Origin: a virus
Taxonomy: Duplodnaviria; Caudoviricetes
Virus record (IMG/VR): IMGVR_UViG_3300049988_000286
Coordinates: 288,001 to 352,000 of that record
Strand: one strand, 5' to 3'
Length of the DNA: 64,000 nt
Shown: piece after piece, positions 1 to 9,746 of the stretch
Position numbering within the stretch: the stretch's first letter is position 1
How the letters are laid out: each line of letters opens with the position of its first letter
The notes under the pieces: model-generated
What the model was told of the DNA's origin: nothing
Seen by the model: only the letters and a program-made list of their open reading frames with translations
Databases searched by the model: none
Made by a program: the position numbers and the translations under genes

Positions 1-2
1 TC

Positions 3-353
3 GATCGCCTCATCGTCGCGTAGATCACGCTCGCTGATCTCGTATTGGATGGTGACCGAAATCTTCTCATTGGAAGTCGGGTTCCAGTCCTTGACGAAGA
101 TGTGTTTTGCGCGCTCATCGTGCGCAAGAGCGAAGGCTCTCGCGATCTCGTTGATGCGCATACCGAACCTACGGAGTTGTGCATACGCGGCCTTGGTAGT
201 GGTGAGGTCCGTGGCCTCGCGCTCCTTCTCCTTTCGGGTCAACGCCGCGTGGGCGTCCTCGAACAGTTTGGTCATGCTACCCAGCATGGGGTTGTCGCGG
301 TTAGCGGCAATCGCTTCGGCGAGTCTCGTAACGATGTTACTCTTTGCCATCAT
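3..353 (-). CDS. hypothetical protein, runs off the window start
   Basis: Manual translation MMAKSNIVTRLAEAIAANRD... is open to position 1; AAGGA RBS; ATGA overlap with the stop of the upstream gene; absent from the ORF track. Confidence 0.6.
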   Translation of the reverse strand, partial: MMAKSNIVTRLAEAIAANRDNPMLGSMTKLFEDAHAALTRKEKEREATDLTTTKAAYAQLRRFGMRINEIARAFALAHDERAKHIFVKDWNPTSNEKISVTIQYEISERDLRDDEAI

Positions 354-736
354 ATATCCTTTCCATCGAGGTCGGGGGCGAGGCCAGCAAGATGATAGCC
401 GCGCTGTACTTGGCGGGGGTAATAGCGAGACCACAGTCGCGAGAAAATACCCTTCGTGGTCTCCACCGCGCATTGATAGGCGGGACGCCGTTCATCGTAG
501 CGATCATAGGTGATCACCACGTAGAGGACTTTCGCCCGCATAGCCTTGCCCGTCCCGTTATCGACGAAGATCACGTCACCGGGTTTATAGGGGAGTGCGG
601 CTTTCCACGCGAGGACGCTCGTTCCCATCTCGGCGAGATCGTCTTCGGGACCATCGTAGTCCCACGTGTAGCGATGAGGAGCGACATCGAAATCTTCGAC
701 GCGCTCCTCCTGCCAGTTACGAATGACTCGGCTCAC
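350..736 (-). CDS. hypothetical protein
   Basis: 128-aa ORF coupled to both neighbours by stop/start overlaps. Confidence 0.7.
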   Translation of the reverse strand: MSRVIRNWQEERVEDFDVAPHRYTWDYDGPEDDLAEMGTSVLAWKAALPYKPGDVIFVDNGTGKAMRAKVLYVVITYDRYDERRPAYQCAVETTKGIFSRLWSRYYPRQVQRGYHLAGLAPDLDGKDI

Positions 737-1185
737 TTAACCTCTTCCCACGCGCGGTAAGCGGTATCGACACGAGAGCCCACGCTGCCGTCCTTCTTGC
801 AGATGCGGATGAACAGCGAGCCGATCAGCGGGAGACCGTACCTCATGTTCAAGGGGAACCGCGTTTCCGCTACCCGCATTTCAAGGATGCCGAACGTCGT
901 CTCCGTCTCCTGCTTCGAAGACCAGCGATTGACGAACCGGGTCGTCGTCTTCTGCATCTTCTTGCCGATCATGGGGTTCTTCGCTGCCATCTCGGCGACA
1001 CGCGCATCGTCGAGTGCCCGCTGCGCGGCGGAACAGGCGACGTTCGCGTCGTGGAGACGGTCGCGGTTCGCCTCGTGGATAGCGTCAGTCGCGGCCCGGA
1101 TCGCAGCACGGATTTCGTCCTTGATGCGATCCACCTCCTTCTCGGCGGCGCGATAGTCGGTCTGGCGGTCCTCGACGTTCGACAT
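733..1185 (-). CDS. hypothetical protein (coiled-coil N-terminus)
   Basis: GAGGAG RBS before ATG at 1185; overlaps the next gene by 4 nt. Confidence 0.7.
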   Translation of the reverse strand: MSNVEDRQTDYRAAEKEVDRIKDEIRAAIRAATDAIHEANRDRLHDANVACSAAQRALDDARVAEMAAKNPMIGKKMQKTTTRFVNRWSSKQETETTFGILEMRVAETRFPLNMRYGLPLIGSLFIRICKKDGSVGSRVDTAYRAWEEVK

Positions 1186-1233
1186 CAATGTTCTCCTCAC
1201 CGCCCTGATAAACGATTATAGTTCGGTGTCAAC

Positions 1234-1239
1234 TAAATA
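1234..1239 (+). promoter_or_regulatory. T4-like late promoter core TAAATA
   Basis: TAAATA 5 nt before ATG 1245; the same geometry recurs 17 times in the window. Confidence 0.6.
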
Positions 1240-1244
1240 TTTGC

Positions 1245-1613
1245 ATGTTGGGGGTCGAGTTTTCAGCCGTGTATGACGCGCGCCTAGATCAGGTGGATAT
1301 CTCCGCTCGACTCGGTGATGAGCAACTCGGCTACATCTGGATCGATGATGTTAGTCGCCACCCTGTTGTCGGGTATGCGAGCACTGGACCCAATGTCTAT
1401 CGATCGATCAGGGACAATCGTCGTCGCGGCGTCGGCGTGCAACTCTATGTTTTCGCCTCCATCTGGCTTCTCAATAATCAACATGGATCGCGTCTCTACG
1501 CCTCCCAGACACAGACCAGCGATGCAAAATCGTTTTGGCTGCGTCTTTGTGATCGTGGTTGGGCGCACGACGATGGCACCGGGCTTCATCTGGATGTCGA
1601 TCGCATCGCCTAA
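1245..1613 (+). CDS. putative GNAT-like acetyltransferase
   Basis: RRRGVGVQLY acetyl-CoA-binding-like motif and QTSDAKSFW C-terminal motif; late promoter upstream. Confidence 0.5.
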   Translation: MLGVEFSAVYDARLDQVDISARLGDEQLGYIWIDDVSRHPVVGYASTGPNVYRSIRDNRRRGVGVQLYVFASIWLLNNQHGSRLYASQTQTSDAKSFWLRLCDRGWAHDDGTGLHLDVDRIA

Positions 1614-1616
1614 ATA
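1611..1616 (+). promoter_or_regulatory. late promoter TAAATA overlapping the upstream stop codon
   Basis: 4 nt before the ATG of the neck gene. Confidence 0.65.
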
Positions 1617-1620
1617 GAGC

Positions 1621-2676
1621 ATGGCAAGAATCCAACTCTGGAACCACGGGGCGAAGAACGCCGATTATCGCTTCACCGATCGCACCATCTTGGAATTCTT
1701 CAATGCGAGCGGCACCGGTCTATTCGTTCACCTGTACCTCGGCACCTACGGGCAGGACGGTCAACCCGATAAAGGCGTGACTGAAATCCAAGATGTGGTC
1801 TTTCAGGAGAACCGTGACCGCCGCTATTCTTCCGAGGTTTATGAGATTCGCGGCACCTACAATGTCGCGGACAGTGACTTCGACCTTCGCCAATTCGGTC
1901 TCTTCCTCACTGGTGATACGATCTTCATCGAGGTTCACTACAATGAGATGCTGCGCCTCCTCGGCCGCAAGCTGATGAGTGGCGACGTGATCGAGTTGCC
2001 CCACTTGCGCGATGATGCCCTCCTCGACGAGGGCAAGGCCATTAACAAGTTCTACACCGTGGAGGATGCGAGCCGTGCCACCGATGGCTATGGCTCCTCG
2101 TGGCTCCCTCACATCTGGCGGATCAAGGTCGCTCCGATGACCAACAGTCAGGAATACGCCGACATCCTCGATCAGGCCAATCGCGATCCCTTCGGCCTCG
2201 AAACAGGAGGGACGTTGGGTGATCTCATTGGAATGCTCAATGCCGACATGGCCACCAACGAGGCGATCATCGACGAGGCGGAAGTGCACGTGTTCGCACG
2301 CAACTTCGACACGCGCCAGTTCTATATGTGCCCCGGTGACGAAGAGACTAACAATCCCAATTCGTGGATTTTCTCCGGCGACGGCACGCCCCCGAACGGT
2401 GCAGTGGCTATTGGTTCCGGTGATGCCTACCCCGATGATGTGGAGCCGGGAACTTATTTCCTGCGCACCGACTATCTCCCCAACGCTCTCTTCATGCGGA
2501 CAGGGACGGGTTGGAAGATGATGGAGTTGGATTATCGCCGTGGACGGTGGAGTGCTGCTACCCGTCTCTTGGAGGATTTCTTCAACAATACGGAATCGAC
2601 GACACTCGAAGACGGCACGGTCATCAAGGCGCGTCAGGCTCTCTCGAAGACAATCAAGCCGAGCGCAGATTTTTAA
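1621..2676 (+). CDS. neck/head-completion protein (T4 gp14-like)
   Basis: FQENRDRRY...DFDLRQFGLFL...GRKLMSGDVIELPHL motifs typical of large myophage neck proteins; late promoter. Confidence 0.65.
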   Translation: MARIQLWNHGAKNADYRFTDRTILEFFNASGTGLFVHLYLGTYGQDGQPDKGVTEIQDVVFQENRDRRYSSEVYEIRGTYNVADSDFDLRQFGLFLTGDTIFIEVHYNEMLRLLGRKLMSGDVIELPHLRDDALLDEGKAINKFYTVEDASRATDGYGSSWLPHIWRIKVAPMTNSQEYADILDQANRDPFGLETGGTLGDLIGMLNADMATNEAIIDEAEVHVFARNFDTRQFYMCPGDEETNNPNSWIFSGDGTPPNGAVAIGSGDAYPDDVEPGTYFLRTDYLPNALFMRTGTGWKMMELDYRRGRWSAATRLLEDFFNNTESTTLEDGTVIKARQALSKTIKPSADF

Positions 2677-2730
2677 CTTGCCTCGACAGTAAACCGGCGG
2701 CTATGGCGGGCTTCGATCAGAGGAGATCGT

Positions 2731-3846
2731 ATGCCCAAGAATTTCAGTTTCGATCCACCACCCGCTCCCGTCCCCGCTCCGGTCGCCTTTGCGCCGCCGA
2801 TTCAGGCCACGCCGATTCAGGTCGCACCCGCCCCCACCGCTGCGACCGCCATCGCGGTACCGCAGGGTAGCACCGACCTGTCGGTCCTGACCGGTCGTCC
2901 CGGCAAGGCGCTCACCATGGAGGAGATCGGTAACTACGGTGGTCGCGCGCAGGGGCAGCTTGCCTCGGTGACCGACAAGATTACCGGCGTCGCCAAGACC
3001 AGCGACATGGACGAGGTGGGCAAGCTGCTCACCGACACCATCATGGCGGCGAAGGGCTACGATCCCTCGAACCTGTTCAAGAAGGGCTTCATGAGCTTCT
3101 TCAAGGGCAAGGCCACCCAGATGCAGATGAAGTTTGATTCCGTCGATTCGACGGTCAATCGGCTCGTCGGCGAGATCGACAAGCGGATCAACCTGTTCCG
3201 CTCGCGCATCGGCGATCTCGAACAACTCGCCATCCAGAACCGCGCCTTCCATGACTCGCTCGACGACGAGATCGCCGGGGTGAACGAACGCGCCGACTGG
3301 ATGGAGGCCAACCTTCCCGAGGTCGATCCCGCTGACCCCATGTCGGCCACCACGCGCAACCAGTGGATCACGGTCGTCAACTTTGCGCGCAAGCGTGCCG
3401 ACGATCTCCGCCGCGCGCAGGTGCTGGCGCAGCAGCAGCAGGCGCAGATCAGCCAGATGGCCGACAACTCCGGCGCGCTGGTGATGACGTTCGCCGACAT
3501 CAAGCAGACCACCGTCCCCGCGATGAAAACGACCTTCTCCCTCTATGTGCTGAACATGGAGCAGAAGTCGGGCGCGGAGTTCGCCACGATGACCAAGGAC
3601 TTGAACGACGATGTGATCAAGCGCAACGCGGCGCTGCTGGGTCAGAACACGACCCTGATCAACACGGCGCTCACCCGGTCGAACGTGTCGTTGGAAGCCC
3701 TACAGGCGAACCACGACTCCGTGATCAAGAGCCTCGAAGAAGTCGAGCGCATCCGCACGGAAATGAAGACGCGCATCGCCGCCGAAGCGCCACGTCTGGA
3801 ACAACTTAGTTCGGACTTGACAAAGCGGCTGGCGCAGAAGAAGTAA
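2731..3846 (+). CDS. telA: toxic anion resistance protein, TelA family
   Basis: IGNYGG-AQ, D-D-VGKLL, long coiled coil, TTVPAMK motif; AGGAG RBS; heads a ter-type cluster. Confidence 0.75.
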   Translation: MPKNFSFDPPPAPVPAPVAFAPPIQATPIQVAPAPTAATAIAVPQGSTDLSVLTGRPGKALTMEEIGNYGGRAQGQLASVTDKITGVAKTSDMDEVGKLLTDTIMAAKGYDPSNLFKKGFMSFFKGKATQMQMKFDSVDSTVNRLVGEIDKRINLFRSRIGDLEQLAIQNRAFHDSLDDEIAGVNERADWMEANLPEVDPADPMSATTRNQWITVVNFARKRADDLRRAQVLAQQQQAQISQMADNSGALVMTFADIKQTTVPAMKTTFSLYVLNMEQKSGAEFATMTKDLNDDVIKRNAALLGQNTTLINTALTRSNVSLEALQANHDSVIKSLEEVERIRTEMKTRIAAEAPRLEQLSSDLTKRLAQKK

Positions 3847-3870
3847 CCCTCGAACTACAAAGGAACGAAG

Positions 3871-4602
3871 ATGTCTGGTATTTCTCTCCAGAAGGCAACC
3901 GAGCGCAGCGAAAAGGTCGGCAAGATTCTGCTGACCAAGGGTGTCTCGGTGGCACCCACCATGCGCTGCGGTCTCGCGATCGATATCTCGGGGTCGATGG
4001 GTGGCTATTTCGCCCGTGGAACCGTCCAGAAGAGCGTCGATCAGTTGGTCGGCGTATCGCTCAAGTTCGACGACAACGGCGAACTCGACATGTTCAAGTT
4101 CAACACCGGCTGTGATTACGTCGGCACCGCCAATGTGAACAACTACGACACCTTCATCGCGGACAATCGCGTGTCGGCGAACGGCGGCACCGCCTACATT
4201 CCGATCGTCGAGGAGGCGGTGAAGTTCTTCTTCGCGGGCCAGAAGAAGTCGAGCGGTGGGTTCCTCGGTTTCGGCAAGAAGACCGAGGTGGTCGCTGGCG
4301 ACGATTCGCCCGTGCTCATGATGGTCCTCACCGATGGTGAGCCCAATGAACGTGTCAACGACATCCTGCGTGCCTTCAAGGACGCGGCCCAGCACAACAT
4401 CTACTTCCACCTCGTTGGCATCGGCGGTGATCGTCGCAGCTTCCCCACGATCGCGCGCATCGCCGATGATCTCGACAATGTGGGCGAGGTCTATCTCCCG
4501 ACGCTCGACATGACCGACGACGAAATCTACGCCCAGATCATCGGTGATGAACTGGTCCAGTGGATCAAGACCCATGGTGGTTCGCAGCGCGCGACCGCCT
4601 AG
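3871..4602 (+). CDS. vWA domain protein (TerF-associated vWA type)
   Basis: MIDAS-like DISGS, FDDNGELD, LTDGE motifs; ter cluster context. Confidence 0.8.
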   Translation: MSGISLQKATERSEKVGKILLTKGVSVAPTMRCGLAIDISGSMGGYFARGTVQKSVDQLVGVSLKFDDNGELDMFKFNTGCDYVGTANVNNYDTFIADNRVSANGGTAYIPIVEEAVKFFFAGQKKSSGGFLGFGKKTEVVAGDDSPVLMMVLTDGEPNERVNDILRAFKDAAQHNIYFHLVGIGGDRRSFPTIARIADDLDNVGEVYLPTLDMTDDEIYAQIIGDELVQWIKTHGGSQRATA

Positions 4603-4612
4603 TTCACACGAG

Positions 4613-4636
4613 TGAGGGCGGGGAAACCTGCCCTCA
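4613..4636 (+). other. intergenic GC-rich hairpin with GAAA tetraloop
   Basis: TGAGGGCGGG-GAAA-CCTGCCCTCA; no U-tract. Confidence 0.6.
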
Positions 4637-4666
4637 TTCCTCCCTGAAACCATATTGGATAATCAT

Positions 4667-5740
4667 ATGGAAACGCTGAACAAATACTACCGATGGTCCT
4701 TCATCTTCGCGATCGTCGCCCTCTTCGCCGGGGCGGGTATCGGCTGGCAGCAGGGCGGTCTCCCGAGCGCGCTCTCGGTTGCCCTCACGGTTGCGATCCT
4801 CGCCGTGCTGGAAACCAGCCTGTCCTTCGACAACGCGGTGGTCAACGCCAAGATTCTCTCCAACTGGGATCATCGCTGGCAGCAAATCTTCCTCACGTGG
4901 GGGATTTGGATCGCGGTGTTCGGTATGCGGATCGTCTTCCCGATCGCTATCGTGTCCGTCGCGACCGGTATCGCGCCCTTCTACTTCCCCGGCTGGTTCG
5001 GTATGGATCAGAATGTGCTCTCGCTCGCACTGTTCGCACCCGAGCAGTACGCGGAGCAGTTGCGCAGCGTCCATCACGAGGTCGCGGGTTTCGGTGGTGC
5101 GTTCCTCTTCATGGTCGCGTTCGGTTTCTTCTTCGCGGAAAAGCACGTCTATTGGCTCGAAGCCATCGAGACGCGCCTCACCAAGCTGGGGCAGATCGAG
5201 GGTGTGTCGGCAGCGCTGACGCTCATCATTCTGCTCGTCGTCTCCAAGCTGTTCGACAACGCGGAGGAGGGCACGCAGTTCTTCATCTCGGGAGTCTGGG
5301 GCGTGGTGACCTTCATCCTCGCACATGGTCTGGGCTCGGTGCTCGGTGGCGAGGGTGACGAAACGGGCGAGAAGATCGTTCGTGCTGGACTGGCGGGCTT
5401 CCTCTATCTCGAAATCCTCGATGCCAGCTTCTCGTTCGACGGCGTGATCGGTGCGTTCGTGCTCACCAATTATCTGCCCGTGATCGCGCTCGGTCTTGGT
5501 GTTGGTGCGTTCTTCGTCCGCTCCATGACTATCCATCTGGTCGAGAACGGCACGCTCGCCGAGTATCGTTACCTCGAACATGGTGCCTTTTACGCAATCT
5601 TCGCCCTCGCCGTCTTGATGTTCGGCAGCGGCGTGGGCTATGAGCTTCCCGAGTGGGCGACGGGGCTCATCGGCGCTGCCTTCATCGGCGTCGCCTTCAT
5701 CAACTCGCTCTCCTACAACCGCAAGAATGGGAACGCATAA
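4667..5740 (+). CDS. TerC-like integral membrane protein (DUF475 type)
   Basis: LETSLSFDNAVVNA, LEILDASFSFDGVIGAF, YLEHGAFYAI motifs; multiple TM segments. Confidence 0.85.
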   Translation: METLNKYYRWSFIFAIVALFAGAGIGWQQGGLPSALSVALTVAILAVLETSLSFDNAVVNAKILSNWDHRWQQIFLTWGIWIAVFGMRIVFPIAIVSVATGIAPFYFPGWFGMDQNVLSLALFAPEQYAEQLRSVHHEVAGFGGAFLFMVAFGFFFAEKHVYWLEAIETRLTKLGQIEGVSAALTLIILLVVSKLFDNAEEGTQFFISGVWGVVTFILAHGLGSVLGGEGDETGEKIVRAGLAGFLYLEILDASFSFDGVIGAFVLTNYLPVIALGLGVGAFFVRSMTIHLVENGTLAEYRYLEHGAFYAIFALAVLMFGSGVGYELPEWATGLIGAAFIGVAFINSLSYNRKNGNA

Positions 5741-5743
5741 GTC

Positions 5744-6394
5744 ATGACGATCAGTCTCAAGAAGGGTGAGGGCATCTCCTTGAAGAAGGAGGCCCCCGGC
5801 ATCACCAAGTTCTACATCGCGCTCGGCTGGGATGAGGAGCGCGGCGTCGATCCCGACGTAACGGCGTTCTGCTGCAAGACCGATGCGTCGGGCAATCCCG
5901 TGCTCTATCCCAACACCGCCGCCACCGAGCAGTCGGCAATCGACTACGGCAACCTCGTGTTCTTCAACAATCCGAAGAGCGCCGATGGTGCGGTGGTGCA
6001 CGGCGGAGACAATCGCACGGGCAAGAACAACCCCGCGCTGGCGGGCACGGCGGCGGCGGATGATGACGAGCAGATCGTCGTCGATATCGCCAAGCTGGAC
6101 CCGAACATCGATGAGATCGCGATCGTGGTCACCATCGACAAGGTGAAGGAACTCGGCCTCGACTTCTCGCGCGTGCGCAATTCGTTCATCCGCATCTGCC
6201 AGAACGATGCCACCGGCCGCGAACTCGCGCATCACAAGATCACCGAGGACTATGCGTCTGCTACTGCCGTGGCGTTCGGCTCGCTGCTCAAGGACCAGAA
6301 CGGCGACTGGGACTTCACTGCTGCATCGCAGGGGTTCGGATCGAAGAAGAACGTCGTTGATTTCGAGGCCGTCGTCGGCCAGTACCTCAAGTAA
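5744..6394 (+). CDS. terD: TerD family stress protein
   Basis: ISLKKGEGISL, LGWD, VFFNN-KS-DGAV-H-GDNRTG, DDEQI motifs. Confidence 0.9.
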   Translation: MTISLKKGEGISLKKEAPGITKFYIALGWDEERGVDPDVTAFCCKTDASGNPVLYPNTAATEQSAIDYGNLVFFNNPKSADGAVVHGGDNRTGKNNPALAGTAAADDDEQIVVDIAKLDPNIDEIAIVVTIDKVKELGLDFSRVRNSFIRICQNDATGRELAHHKITEDYASATAVAFGSLLKDQNGDWDFTAASQGFGSKKNVVDFEAVVGQYLK

Positions 6395-6397
6395 GCG

Positions 6398-7270
6398 GTG
6401 CCGAAGAAGTTCGACTTCGGTAACGGGGAGGTGGTGCCAGCGGCACCGCCTCCCTCACCTGTGCGCCGGGGAAAGGCGTTCGATTTCCCCGAAGCCACCG
6501 CTCCTGTGGAAGAGGCTGCCCCGCCACGGCGCGGCAAGTCGTTCGACTTCTCCAACCTGCCCGCCGAAATTCCCACACCAGCCGAGCCCAAGCGCCAGCC
6601 CAAGGTCATCGTACCAGAGGGTCGGGGAGAGGTTCGTTACCAGCGTGCAGCCCGTGAGCGCACGCTCACCGATGCCCTGATGGACAAAGCGCGGACGATC
6701 GCTCCGGGTATGCAGATCGACCGCCTCCGGGGACGCATCGATCAACTGCTCGTCATCGACATGGAGGCGCTGACGAAGTGGGGCGACCTCAATCTCCTTC
6801 CCTTGCAGCAAGCGAGCGGCGTTCAAGCCGATATCGCCGCCAAGCTACAGAGCATCGATGCGGTTGGGCGTCTCAAGGAAGCCCACGACGCGGTATGTCG
6901 CCCGGTGACTTTCTTCGACCGTGTGGCGGGCCGTAAGCCCGAGCATTACGAGCAGAGCCTCGCGACGGCAAAGCGCGGTTTGCAGGAGTTGATGCTCAAG
7001 TCGGAGGCGCAGCGCCGCGAATTTGAGCCCGAGGTTATCGATCTCCACCTCGACGCTATCGCGCTGTCGGTGACCTTGACCGAGTTTAGTAATCCCAGCA
7101 TGGGGAACATCGCAAACTCTCGAACCAAGACGCTGTTGCTCGCGCACCAGACGGGCACCATGCTCCTGCAAGTGCTCACTAATACGATCGAGCAATGCGC
7201 GACATTCTTGGGCCAGATCGATTCGTTGATCAACGTCACTATCCCACAGTGGAAGCTGTCCCAGCGATAA
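6398..7270 (+). CDS. TelA/KlaA-like coiled-coil protein with Pro-rich N-terminus
   Basis: GTG start; C-terminal TIPQWK resembles the TelA family; ter cluster context. Confidence 0.5.
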   Translation: MPKKFDFGNGEVVPAAPPPSPVRRGKAFDFPEATAPVEEAAPPRRGKSFDFSNLPAEIPTPAEPKRQPKVIVPEGRGEVRYQRAARERTLTDALMDKARTIAPGMQIDRLRGRIDQLLVIDMEALTKWGDLNLLPLQQASGVQADIAAKLQSIDAVGRLKEAHDAVCRPVTFFDRVAGRKPEHYEQSLATAKRGLQELMLKSEAQRREFEPEVIDLHLDAIALSVTLTEFSNPSMGNIANSRTKTLLLAHQTGTMLLQVLTNTIEQCATFLGQIDSLINVTIPQWKLSQR

Positions 7271-7290
7271 GAGTCCGATGAAGGGTCAGT

Positions 7291-7306
7291 TCCCCTAAAT
7301 AGGGGA
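7291..7306 (+). promoter_or_regulatory. late promoter TAAATA centred in an inverted repeat
   Basis: TCCCCT-AAAT-AGGGGA; TAAATA 4 nt before ATG. Confidence 0.65.
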
Positions 7307-7923
7307 TGACCTTCACTGTCCAAAAACTCCGCGCTATCTTCCCGACAACGAAAAACGAGGTTCTCGAAACCTTTGTAGCGCCCCTTAATGCCACCTGCGC
7401 ACGCTTCGACATCTCGACGGTCGCGCGCCGCGCCGCCTTTATCGCACAGGTGGGTCACGAGAGCGGCAACCTTACTGCCATGAAGGAGAACCTCAACTAC
7501 GGCCAGAGCGGCCTGTTGAAGGTATTCCCGAAGTATTTCCGTGATGCCGCCACCGCGTCTCGGTACGCCCGTAACCCAAAGGCTATCGCCAATCGCGTCT
7601 ATGCGAACCGGATGGGTAACGGCGACGAGGCGAGCGGAGATGGCTACCGCTATCGTGGTCGTGGTCTGATCCAGATCACCGGCTCGTATAACTACCACGC
7701 GTTCGCGACCGTCATGAAGATCAGCGTCGCTGATGCTTGCACCTACATGGAGACGCTGGAAGGTGCGGCTATGTCGGCGGGTTGGTTCTGGTCACAGGCC
7801 GGGCTCAACGCGATGGCGGATCAGACGCGCTTCACCGACATTACACGGAGGATCAACGGTGGTGTAAATGGTTTAGCGCACCGGAAAGAACTCTGGGCGC
7901 TAGCCCTCAAGGCGTTGGCTTAA
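7306..7923 (+). CDS. glycoside hydrolase family 19 endolysin
   Basis: AAFIAQVGHESG, ENLNY, YRGRGLIQITG, AMSAGWFW, TRRINGGVNG motifs. Confidence 0.9.
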   Translation: MTFTVQKLRAIFPTTKNEVLETFVAPLNATCARFDISTVARRAAFIAQVGHESGNLTAMKENLNYGQSGLLKVFPKYFRDAATASRYARNPKAIANRVYANRMGNGDEASGDGYRYRGRGLIQITGSYNYHAFATVMKISVADACTYMETLEGAAMSAGWFWSQAGLNAMADQTRFTDITRRINGGVNGLAHRKELWALALKALA

Positions 7924-7961
7924 TTAATGCGTGGGCGGAAACGCCTCGCTATATCACTCCA

Positions 7962-8090
7962 ATGACCAAGCCCCTTGATCCCGCCCTCGCCCAGAAGATC
8001 GAGCAGATTCTCGATCGCCACGTCGATGATCGCGTCATGCACGCGGTCATGCATCGCCTTGCCGTGGCCTTGGAGCCGCACCTCAAGTAA
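7962..8090 (+). CDS. small hypothetical protein (42 aa)
   Basis: MTKPLDPALAQKIEQIL...; TAATG coupling to the next gene. Confidence 0.45.
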   Translation: MTKPLDPALAQKIEQILDRHVDDRVMHAVMHRLAVALEPHLK

Positions 8091-8347
8091 TGATTACCGA
8101 CATCCCCATTGACCGCCTCGAAGCGCAAGGGGTGCGTTGTGGTACCGACGCGCAAGCCGTCGCGGTCAAGTTGCCGCCACGGATGGTGCGCTGGATGCGC
8201 GACCATTCCGCTGATCCCTATCGCTTCGAGATCGTTGAGGGCGAGGGTCTCAAATGTGGTGAAATCGTTATTCCGGTCGCGGTAGCATGTCGCCTTCATG
8301 CTTCGGAGAATGACGCCATTCTATTCCGGATCAGATTCGGTTTTTGA
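8090..8347 (+). CDS. small hypothetical protein (DAxLFxL C-terminal family)
   Basis: C-terminal ENDAILFRIRF motif shared with other small ORFs. Confidence 0.6.
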   Translation: MITDIPIDRLEAQGVRCGTDAQAVAVKLPPRMVRWMRDHSADPYRFEIVEGEGLKCGEIVIPVAVACRLHASENDAILFRIRFGF

Positions 8348-8348
8348 C

Positions 8349-8362
8349 CACCTAAATAGGTG
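8349..8362 (+). promoter_or_regulatory. late promoter TAAATA centred in an inverted repeat
   Basis: CACCT-AAAT-AGGTG directly before ATG 8363. Confidence 0.65.
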
Positions 8363-9703
8363 ATGATCACACGATACGATTATTTTTGCGACTACCAGAT
8401 CAAGCGCTTCATCATGCAAGTGGTTCGCGCCTTTTCGGGTTTCCAGTATCAAACCGGTGCACGCGGCGACAAAGCACCAGAACTTCGCTTGGTGCCTTGC
8501 CTCCCTGCCAGCCGCAACCGTCAGGCAGCCGCTATCCGCCGTAACATGTCGGAGAACACCCTTCTATCTGTTCCTCTGATCACGGTGGATATGATCAGCT
8601 TTGAGCCAGATCGCGATCGTGTGCAAAGCCCAGATCACATCGACACCGTTCAGGTGCGCGAGCGCGAGCGGGATGCCATCACGGGCGATTACACAGGTCG
8701 AGCCGGAAACGCCATGACGATCGAGCGTATGATGCCTCGCCCTTACACGATGACGATGCAGGTCGATATTTGGACTGCGAATATGGATCAGAAGCATCAA
8801 TTGCTCGAACAGATCGACATCTACATCAATCCGTCTTTCGACATCCAGAACAGTGATAATCCCCTTGATTGGACCGCACTCACCACTGCCTTCATGGAGT
8901 CGCAAACTTGGTCCTCCCTCTCGATCCCGATTGGCACCGAGAACGAGATCGATGTGGCGACGATTACGCTCAAGATTCCCATGTGGCTCACACCACCCGC
9001 TCGTGTTTCCCGCCAGACCCTGATCCATCAAGTGGTTACCAATATCGCAACCGCAGATCGTGACGAACACGGCGTGATCCGGACTGGCGAAACCTTGATT
9101 GAGCACGTCACGACACCGGATGACTGTCATGTTCGTGTCGAGCGCGGCGTCCTCACGCTCCTTGGTAGCGGGGGTGAAGAGACGCGAGCCGATGGGAGCA
9201 CGTTCTCATGGCACGCCCTTTTGGGGAAGATGGGCGCGATCCTTCATCCATCAGAGACTCAAATCCGAGTGCGCTGCGATAACCGTGATATCATCGGCGT
9301 CATTCAGCCAACCGACGACGACAATCGGGTGATCTGGCAGACAGACATTGATACCCTTCCCCATAATACGCTGTCGCCCATTGATCGCGTCATCGATCCC
9401 CGGCGACACGTCCCCGGTGAGGGTAACATGGCCGCGCCCAGCGATGGTCAGCGTTACCTCCTGCTCGAAGACCTTGCGAGTAATTCGCTGGTCTGGGGGG
9501 CAATTACCGCACGCGAGGGCTCGATCATCGAGCGCCGAAATGGCGCGTGGGTTGTCGTCTTTTCCGGCACGAGCGATCAGTCCGAGTATGTGGTCAATCG
9601 CACCAGCGGGAGACAGCTTCGTTGGGTCGCGGATACCAAGGAGTGGGTCATCGCTATCGATGGTATCTACTCGCCGGGTGAGTGGCGTATCGGGATCGTT
9701 TGA
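8363..9703 (+). CDS. tail sheath stabiliser/terminator (T4 gp15-like) with C-terminal extension
   Basis: YFCDYQIKRFIMQVVRAFS, TIERMMPRPY, QLLEQI-NPS, DVATITLKIP-WLTPP motifs; late promoter. Confidence 0.65.
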   Translation: MITRYDYFCDYQIKRFIMQVVRAFSGFQYQTGARGDKAPELRLVPCLPASRNRQAAAIRRNMSENTLLSVPLITVDMISFEPDRDRVQSPDHIDTVQVRERERDAITGDYTGRAGNAMTIERMMPRPYTMTMQVDIWTANMDQKHQLLEQIDIYINPSFDIQNSDNPLDWTALTTAFMESQTWSSLSIPIGTENEIDVATITLKIPMWLTPPARVSRQTLIHQVVTNIATADRDEHGVIRTGETLIEHVTTPDDCHVRVERGVLTLLGSGGEETRADGSTFSWHALLGKMGAILHPSETQIRVRCDNRDIIGVIQPTDDDNRVIWQTDIDTLPHNTLSPIDRVIDPRRHVPGEGNMAAPSDGQRYLLLEDLASNSLVWGAITAREGSIIERRNGAWVVVFSGTSDQSEYVVNRTSGRQLRWVADTKEWVIAIDGIYSPGEWRIGIV

Positions 9704-9746
9704 CAACTCGGTAGTTCGCTGCTAACTGATCTTCAAGGAGATCACG

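Noticed and set aside
4634-6235. 533-aa minus-strand ORF (also 3700-4653, 11834-12910, 13659-14666, 40667-41383 and similar)
   Set aside because: Antisense shadows of well-supported genes, expected in high-GC coding DNA; no motifs or RBS.
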